Part shown: positions 57,941-64,000 of the stretch, in pieces
Layout of the letters: each line of letters starts with the position of its first letter
Numbering within the stretch: the first letter of the stretch is position 1
NCBI GenBank assembly: GCA_964481345.1
Contig: CAYZTC010000001.1
Location: 7,766 to 71,765 of the forward strand
Origin: an uncultured Candidatus Saccharibacteria bacterium
Lineage (GTDB): Bacteria > Patescibacteriota > Dojkabacteria > SC72 > JAFGCJ01
DNA: 64,000 nt
Direction: 5' to 3'
The notes under the pieces: generated by a model
The model's input: only the letters and a program-made list of their open reading frames with translations
What the model was told of the DNA's origin: nothing
The model's database searches: none
Position numbers and translations under genes: made by a program

Positions 57941-58597
57941 TTACTTTTCCACCGCCTCCCTTACGTGCTTATACTGACACCATTTGCAATCCGGATTCTC
58001 CTTTGGAAGAGGACCTTTCAAGAGCTCATCGACTTCCTTCATAAACTTCAAAAACCCTTTATCATCTATGGGCACTTCCAGCCATTTTGGTGGAAAGTCA
58101 ATTTCCACTGAATCACTATCAAATTTCACTTCATCCGGATAGAAAATGAGTAAAGCTAGTTTTGAGATCTTCAACGGTGAGCCGGACTTGGGATTTTCTA
58201 TAGCATATTTATACGCCCAAAGCTGAGATTTAAATTTTTCTACTTTACTTTCTTCTGGCTGGCTGATTTTGAGGTCTACCACAGTATATGTACCATCAGA
58301 GTTTTTCACGAGCAGATCATATTTACCTTTTATAAATACGGAAGTGCCAGGTACAACTATCGAATCGATGTATCCTTCTTGGTTAATAATCTTTCCGTCA
58401 GGAAAGTCTTTATTCAGATCTTTCAAATCCTTTCCCAAAAGACCCCCTTGCACCCTGCTGTTGATAGCAGAAAACACTCCAGGCATCGGCATACTCGGCT
58501 GAATAACCTCAGCCTTAACCTTAAGACAAAAACAAAGCTTGCACTCTTCATAAAGATAAGCAAAGTCTGAGGGAGAGAGTTTGTAGGTGGTTTTCAT
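57941..58597 (-). CDS. Cas4/RecB-like PD-(D/E)xK nuclease with Fe-S cysteine cluster (defence-operon gene 4)
   Basis: Motifs …GKYDLLV…TVVDLKIS (D…D-x-K), QLWAY (QxxxY), N-terminal CKLCFC and C-terminal CKWC. Confidence 0.55.
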   Translation of the reverse strand: MKTTYKLSPSDFAYLYEECKLCFCLKVKAEVIQPSMPMPGVFSAINSRVQGGLLGKDLKDLNKDFPDGKIINQEGYIDSIVVPGTSVFIKGKYDLLVKNSDGTYTVVDLKISQPEESKVEKFKSQLWAYKYAIENPKSGSPLKISKLALLIFYPDEVKFDSDSVEIDFPPKWLEVPIDDKGFLKFMKEVDELLKGPLPKENPDCKWCQYKHVREAVEK

Positions 58598-58628
58598 TTT
58601 TGTATAGAGGGTAAAATAATAATTAAAT

Positions 58629-61600
58629 TTACTTTGTCTCTTTTATTGCATCTTTTAATTTCCAAAACATGCTTCCACCTTCTCGAATAAGATCGTTTAT
58701 TAGTAAATATGTTCCAGATTTAGTTTCCTGATTAGCATACAAAACACTGAATGCACTAACCCATTCTTCATCCAATGAAAAAGTACTGTTCTTTTTCAAT
58801 CGTACAAAACCTTCCAGTAAATATAGTTTTGAAATCTCGAGCGTATCTTTAGGTGAATCTTTTGCAAATTGAACAATTGAATCAATAAGACCATATTCAT
58901 ACTCAATTACACCTTTTGTTTTCTCAAGGGTTCTTCTTACATGATCTGAAAGCCAATGTATCTCAAAAACCTCTACTTTTGTATTCATCCAATGTCCAAA
59001 CTCTTCGAACAATCTCGGATTTTTCCTATTTTCAAGAACCCTATCCCATAAATTACATAACCTATCCTTGCACCATTTTTTCTTCAATAGCTCTTTAACT
59101 TTATTATTATCTCCTAAAATGTACCTTCCTAAAAAATTCAGAAAGCTAGCTTGTCTATCATAATCATTGTCTCTCCAAAAGGCTTTAAATAATGTATCAT
59201 CGAACCCAAACTCCTTATAATGAACAAACGCCAGAGCTAGGTGTATTGCAATACCTTCCTTCAAATCTTTAAAATATTTTCTATTTGGATCCATATTATT
59301 ATTCAAGCTTAATCCTTTTTTGTATAATTTCTGTAATTCTTTATCAAAGAATATTTCTTCGAATAGATCATTTGATAGATACCCTTCCCAGGAAGCAATA
59401 TAAAGATGCTTTTTCTTTTCACTCAGAGGAAAAATTTTAACTGTCAAATCTAGAATCCACTTTTTATCTCGAAAGTAAAAAGAAGGAAGATAATGTCCAA
59501 ACATAAAATATATGGCTCGAGTTTTCTCTTCTGTTAAAACATATTCGTATAACTTTTTTACATCTCTAGAAATCTTCACTTCCACTTTCTTATCAAATTT
59601 TTTGCCATCCTGAAATACGAAGTACACAAATGCTTCAAATGCTTTTCCTCGAACAGAGTTAATGGCAATAGAAAATGGATCGCTGACCAGTTTATCTTTA
59701 TTAACCCCAGAGATCTCTGTCATAGACGCTGTTTCTAATTTTTCATAATCTACGGTTGGATCTGGATAGCGAAGAAGATAGCTGATCATATCAAATATTT
59801 GGTCACGATACTTCGGGAAATCAATAACAACCTTTCCATTACTTTCCTCAAGTAATTTTTTAATTATATCCGCCATTGCACAATGCACGCTATTCCATCC
59901 TGCTAGCCAAGTATCAAAGTCCTTATAATCCCGTTTCAGTGATACAAAAGATTTTTTCTCCCCTGACTCTTTTATCACAGTAAGTAAATCTATCAAACCA
60001 TCCCAATTAATACTATTTAATTTCTCCTTATCTTTACTTATAGTTTCTTGCAAACCCCGTAAAAACGAATAAGTATAATGCGGATCAATCACATTCCTAT
60101 CAAAGAATAGTAATGAACTATTTATGTAGTCTTGTAATCGATTAGGAATATCCGACTGTATGTATTTACCAATCCCCCTTGCATTTATGCGATCGAAACT
60201 TGAATTATTAGTGTTCTGCTTTTTCAATTTTTCAGGAACCCACTCTGTCTTCAGATTTTGAACGATCTCTTTTATTTCAAGTTTATTAAAGACTTCTTGA
60301 GGAATTGGACCTCGTGATATTACAGTTCCACTTCGGAGAGGACCAATACTAGGTTTAGGCTTATAACTAGGATCTAATATGAATCCTGCTTTCTCTATTT
60401 TCTTCTCCTCCCCATTGGTAAGATAACCTATAATCATTGAGAGAACCCTTGAACCATATATCACTGACTGATCTCGATCTTCTTTATCCTTATCACGATT
60501 CTTAAAATACTCTACAACCATCTTTACATACTCACCCTTATCATCATTTGATAATACAGAAAACCCTTTTCTTAAAGCTTTTTCATACTCTGCGCCAGAG
60601 ATAATTTCATAATAATGTTCTGCTTCGAATAACCTGAAAAACTCTTCTTTAAGTTCGTTTTTAAATACCTTAGGACACAAACATAATACAAACAATCTCA
60701 AACGCCACATTGATCTGCTATCAGGTAGTGGCTCTATATATTTTTCATAAACCTCCCTTATAAGATCAATTTCTTCACACTTTTTACTAATCAATCTATT
60801 TAAAAATATTTTTATGATTGCCGCAAGATCTCTCATACCCTTTTCATATGATGGATATTCACTTTCATCAAGTTCTAAAGTGAAAAAGTCTACAACGTAC
60901 ATAGGAAATAAATCATTTATCTCGAACACTTTCTCAGTATTAGACTTTTCACCTAAATTAACGATTTTAGCCATTACTTTTGTAACTAACTTCAAAGCCT
61001 TTTCTGTATATTTCTCACTCATCAGAAAAAGATGTTCGATAACTTTTGTTGACGATAAATCTCCAAAATAAAATGGATTTTCACTGCTAGGTCGGTTATT
61101 CACTGTTTTCATTTCTTTTTTTGTACGTACGGATAAGACGGTTTCTACAAGTTTCAAGATATTCATATAATCTTTCACATCTACGAGAGTTCGAAACATC
61201 TTCTCATATTCAAAACCGTATTGTTTAAATGACCCCATCAATTTCACCCAATTTTCCCTGTGAATTTTTCCCACGATCCGAGCCAATTGCTTTGCGGATA
61301 GTTCACTGCAAATTCGAAGAAATCGATCGATTACTTCCGGATTAAATGTTTTCCTAGATATCGGAATCTCAAGCATAATATCAACAACTTCTGAAGGGTT
61401 TTTCTCTGAAACCTTCAGAAGATAATTTATCTCAGGCGATTGATATCCATATCTTGGTGCATCTTCCGCTTTTTTCTTTAGCACATCTAAGAATCCATTC
61501 TTCCAAAGCCATCTAAGCCATCTCCCATCAGCTCTAGCAAAAAAGTAATCCCGATCTTTCGAAACAAATTTCAAGACATCCTCTAGTACTGCCTCTTTAG

Positions 61601-61652
61601 AAGTCTTAGAAAGTAATTTCTCTATATTTTTATGTAACCTAATATAGTCCAT
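58629..61652 (-). CDS. Large (1007 aa) alpha-helical protein of unknown function (defence-operon gene 3)
   Basis: No NTPase, nuclease or protease motifs seen. Composition is helical-repeat-like. Translationally coupled to the CHAT gene (3-nt gap). Confidence 0.4.
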   Translation of the reverse strand: MDYIRLHKNIEKLLSKTSKEAVLEDVLKFVSKDRDYFFARADGRWLRWLWKNGFLDVLKKKAEDAPRYGYQSPEINYLLKVSEKNPSEVVDIMLEIPISRKTFNPEVIDRFLRICSELSAKQLARIVGKIHRENWVKLMGSFKQYGFEYEKMFRTLVDVKDYMNILKLVETVLSVRTKKEMKTVNNRPSSENPFYFGDLSSTKVIEHLFLMSEKYTEKALKLVTKVMAKIVNLGEKSNTEKVFEINDLFPMYVVDFFTLELDESEYPSYEKGMRDLAAIIKIFLNRLISKKCEEIDLIREVYEKYIEPLPDSRSMWRLRLFVLCLCPKVFKNELKEEFFRLFEAEHYYEIISGAEYEKALRKGFSVLSNDDKGEYVKMVVEYFKNRDKDKEDRDQSVIYGSRVLSMIIGYLTNGEEKKIEKAGFILDPSYKPKPSIGPLRSGTVISRGPIPQEVFNKLEIKEIVQNLKTEWVPEKLKKQNTNNSSFDRINARGIGKYIQSDIPNRLQDYINSSLLFFDRNVIDPHYTYSFLRGLQETISKDKEKLNSINWDGLIDLLTVIKESGEKKSFVSLKRDYKDFDTWLAGWNSVHCAMADIIKKLLEESNGKVVIDFPKYRDQIFDMISYLLRYPDPTVDYEKLETASMTEISGVNKDKLVSDPFSIAINSVRGKAFEAFVYFVFQDGKKFDKKVEVKISRDVKKLYEYVLTEEKTRAIYFMFGHYLPSFYFRDKKWILDLTVKIFPLSEKKKHLYIASWEGYLSNDLFEEIFFDKELQKLYKKGLSLNNNMDPNRKYFKDLKEGIAIHLALAFVHYKEFGFDDTLFKAFWRDNDYDRQASFLNFLGRYILGDNNKVKELLKKKWCKDRLCNLWDRVLENRKNPRLFEEFGHWMNTKVEVFEIHWLSDHVRRTLEKTKGVIEYEYGLIDSIVQFAKDSPKDTLEISKLYLLEGFVRLKKNSTFSLDEEWVSAFSVLYANQETKSGTYLLINDLIREGGSMFWKLKDAIKETK

Positions 61653-61655
61653 AAT

Positions 61656-62780
61656 TTATGTGAATTTACATTTATACAAAATTGGAATAGGAACACTCTC
61701 TTCATTTTCACTTCTATACTTTATTAAGGATTGTAAATAAGCATCTTCAATACTACTATTATCGAAGAGTTTTTTGTAGAAAACACTAGAGAAAGAATTA
61801 GCATGTTTAGTTTTTATTCCACCTTGATACCCAACCACGTATGCAGAGAGATTTTCTTGAGCAAGTTGGAAAGCAAGAGACCCCTTATACTCAGAGTATT
61901 CATCAATTTTGCCTAATTTTCCTCCTGAATGACAAGTTGATAGGTAAACTAGGTGATAGTTTCCCTTACGGAGTTCTGTAAGTAAATCTGATATGTTAAT
62001 CTCCACGTAATATTTGTAATATTGTCTCTCTGGAGATTCAAGATATAATTCTCCATTTGGACCTCCATGCATTGTAAAATGTAAATATTTGTACTCATCC
62101 CAGTGAAATTTTTTCATTGCATTCATTGTTGTATGCCTAGACAAAAGAACATTATCAATCCAAAATTTTTTATCTTTATCCTTACTCTCATCATCCACGA
62201 GAGATTTAATAAAATCATATATTGCAGTTATCTCAGTTCGTAGTCCTTTACTTATATCTTTCATACTATTTTCATCATCACTCCTACAAGCATTTGATAT
62301 TAGCAGAAGGATATTGTTCTCTGAAAGCTCTAGAGTTTTACTCTGTCCACAAGGTATTTGACGAATAACATATCCCTCATTGTTGAAAACTTGTTCCCAG
62401 GGAAGCTCTAAAAATAATGCGCTATCTGAAGATATGATTACTCCACTTTTGTGACGGCTGGTATCAATATTAATTTTCTTTACCAAATATCTCATTAAGC
62501 CAACAAAATCTAACATTTTCTCAGGTATATCGACAGATTCAGTATCAGATATAACATCTGGATCAGTAGATAAAATTGCTGATCTTTGTTTACCTATTCT
62601 TGGATCCAAATTTTTAAAATCATCAATCGGTATATAATTTTTTTTACCAGCTGACTCAATAAATAAATACGTTCCCTTCGGAAGACTCTCAATCTTCTCT
62701 TCTCTTACTTCAATAAAACTTCCGGATATATTAATAACATCCGTACAAGTCTCTTTGTTACCTTTATCTTCTATCGACAT
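61656..62780 (-). CDS. CHAT-domain (caspase-like) protease (defence-operon gene 2)
   Basis: …ALFLELPWEQVF… (the LP[WF]E motif) and a His/Cys dyad (…YLHFTMHGGPNGELYL… and …HLVYLSTCHSGGKLG…) about 45 aa apart, then …KGSLAFQLAQENLSAYVVGYQGGI. Confidence 0.6.
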   Translation of the reverse strand: MSIEDKGNKETCTDVINISGSFIEVREEKIESLPKGTYLFIESAGKKNYIPIDDFKNLDPRIGKQRSAILSTDPDVISDTESVDIPEKMLDFVGLMRYLVKKINIDTSRHKSGVIISSDSALFLELPWEQVFNNEGYVIRQIPCGQSKTLELSENNILLLISNACRSDDENSMKDISKGLRTEITAIYDFIKSLVDDESKDKDKKFWIDNVLLSRHTTMNAMKKFHWDEYKYLHFTMHGGPNGELYLESPERQYYKYYVEINISDLLTELRKGNYHLVYLSTCHSGGKLGKIDEYSEYKGSLAFQLAQENLSAYVVGYQGGIKTKHANSFSSVFYKKLFDNSSIEDAYLQSLIKYRSENEESVPIPILYKCKFT

Positions 62781-64000
62781 TTTCTCCCTCCACTATCTTA
62801 ATCTCTTCTTTCGTCAACCCATACAATATATAAACCTCTTGATCAATCTCATTATCAAGTTTTTTAATTTCTGCTTTCAAGCGAGCATATTTGTCGGTAT
62901 TTCCCGTTGTTTCTTGCAAATCCTGTTGCAGGTCAAGCATAAGCTGGGCTAGTTTCACTATTTCGGCTTGTTCTTTTTCGCTTGCTTCAGGTATTGGAAA
63001 AGTGGCAAGCTCTTTCACTTTGAATTGCGGGAAAGTTTTACGTTGAAATTTATCAAAAGTATTCACAAACCAAAAAGTAGTAATCCTGGAATTAAGAACA
63101 GCAAGAACAAAATGACTATTAACCTTAAAGTCCAAAACTATCATACTATTTCGATCGTTCATTAGCATATCTTCATTTATAAAAACTGCATTTATTGAAT
63201 ACGGTGGAAGAGAAGGTATCTGTCGAACTAGAATTCTTGGATTAACGTATAAATCTCGCGTTCTAGGTGCAGCAAGACATATACCATACTTTACCCATGA
63301 ACCTGACCAATCAATTTGATAACGCTTAACATCTTTACCATCTAAATATTTGTACCAATGTTCACCTTCATTTTTATCCGAGTGGTAAATACGATTATTC
63401 TTCATTTCATTGGTTTGTAGTGGGCTACCTTTTCCTGTTTCGTAAGCAACAAAACCTGACTTAATAGTTGTAACCTTTTTAAGTTGTTTTGATTTCTCGT
63501 TTACCTTTTTCAAAATCATCATCTTTTCTTTATTCTTTGCCAATGAAATGTTAATTATATAGTTGGTACTTTTAAAAGTATCCGGCACAAACTTTCCGAC
63601 AATTTTCAGCTTGCCATCTCTAAATTCACCGAGTGTTACTTTGCTTCTCCTGCCTTTTTTGAAAATCAAAAGACAGGTGTCAACATTGGCATCACCAAAA
63701 ACTTTGTTATAAATATTGATAATTTGAAGACTCCCGACTTCTTCAAGTAAAAACTTTCTAAGAGGAGCAAAGGTATCAATCGTCAGCCATGTATTAGGAA
63801 CGATAAAGCCGAAATATCCACCTTGTTGTAGGAGATTAAAGGCTCGCTCAATGAAAAGCAGGTATGTGTTAAGCTGATAGTTTGCCAGCTTGTAATCATC
63901 GTAAAAGTATTTTTTTATAGAATCATCAAAACTTTTTCCTCTGGCAAAAACATACGGCGGATTACCAATAATCACACCAAACCCACCTTGTTTGAAGACT
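62764..64000 (-). CDS. N6-adenine DNA methyltransferase (gamma-class NPPY) with C-terminal TRD; 5' end beyond window (defence-operon gene 1)
   Basis: The frame stays open to the window end (…VFKQGGFGVIIGNPPYVFARGKSF…). Motif IV NPPY is followed by ~400 aa. Overlaps the CHAT gene by 17 nt. Confidence 0.7.
   Translation of the reverse strand, partial: VFKQGGFGVIIGNPPYVFARGKSFDDSIKKYFYDDYKLANYQLNTYLLFIERAFNLLQQGGYFGFIVPNTWLTIDTFAPLRKFLLEEVGSLQIINIYNKVFGDANVDTCLLIFKKGRRSKVTLGEFRDGKLKIVGKFVPDTFKSTNYIINISLAKNKEKMMILKKVNEKSKQLKKVTTIKSGFVAYETGKGSPLQTNEMKNNRIYHSDKNEGEHWYKYLDGKDVKRYQIDWSGSWVKYGICLAAPRTRDLYVNPRILVRQIPSLPPYSINAVFINEDMLMNDRNSMIVLDFKVNSHFVLAVLNSRITTFWFVNTFDKFQRKTFPQFKVKELATFPIPEASEKEQAEIVKLAQLMLDLQQDLQETTGNTDKYARLKAEIKKLDNEIDQEVYILYGLTKEEIKIVEGENVDRR

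Noticed and set aside
1-64000. CRISPR arrays / IS elements / prophage
   Set aside because: No regularly spaced direct repeats, transposase or integrase genes, or terminal inverted repeats flanking genes were seen. The Cas4-like gene has no adjacent array.

Overview
This is an AT-rich bacterial chromosome segment whose backbone is almost entirely on the minus strand and is dominated by housekeeping genes. The centrepiece is a near-complete S10-spc-alpha ribosomal-protein superoperon (tuf-rpsJ...rplQ, with rpmJ, infA, map, adk and secY), followed by rplM-rpsI and an RNase P RNA; fusA lies immediately upstream. Missing L30, lysine-rich r-protein extensions, RNase Y plus YmdB, a sortase and compact gene spacing suggest a Gram-positive-like, reduced genome (CPR/Patescibacteria-like); this lineage call is an inference. 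Other recognisable genes include glyQS (partial), two greA copies, trmD, tgt and queA, fmt, hu, a pyrH-like gene, two NUDIX hydrolases, uvrD/pcrA, an Elp3 homologue, alr, a SemiSWEET, and a tRNA-Glu(CUC).

Two accessory blocks stand out. (1) At the 3' edge (57.9-64.0 kb) is a tight four-gene minus-strand operon: an N6-adenine DNA methyltransferase (5' end outside the window), a CHAT/caspase-like protease, a 1007-aa alpha-helical protein with no recognisable motifs, and a small Cas4/RecB-like PD-(D/E)xK nuclease with an Fe-S cysteine cluster. This looks like a candidate undescribed defence or conflict system. (2) A four-gene cassette (13.5-20.7 kb) sits between queA and tgt. It encodes an acidic secreted protein, a 1040-aa membrane protein with HExxH and lysozyme-like motifs, a polytopic membrane protein and a Cys-rich secreted protein, and is likely a cell-envelope or host-interaction module.

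Smaller oddities are listed as findings. They include a GC-rich three-way-junction palindromic element inserted in-frame in elp3, a 25-nt element at the rplE start duplicated ahead of an orphan ORF, a sortase with no canonical start codon, and a zinc-ribbon L24.
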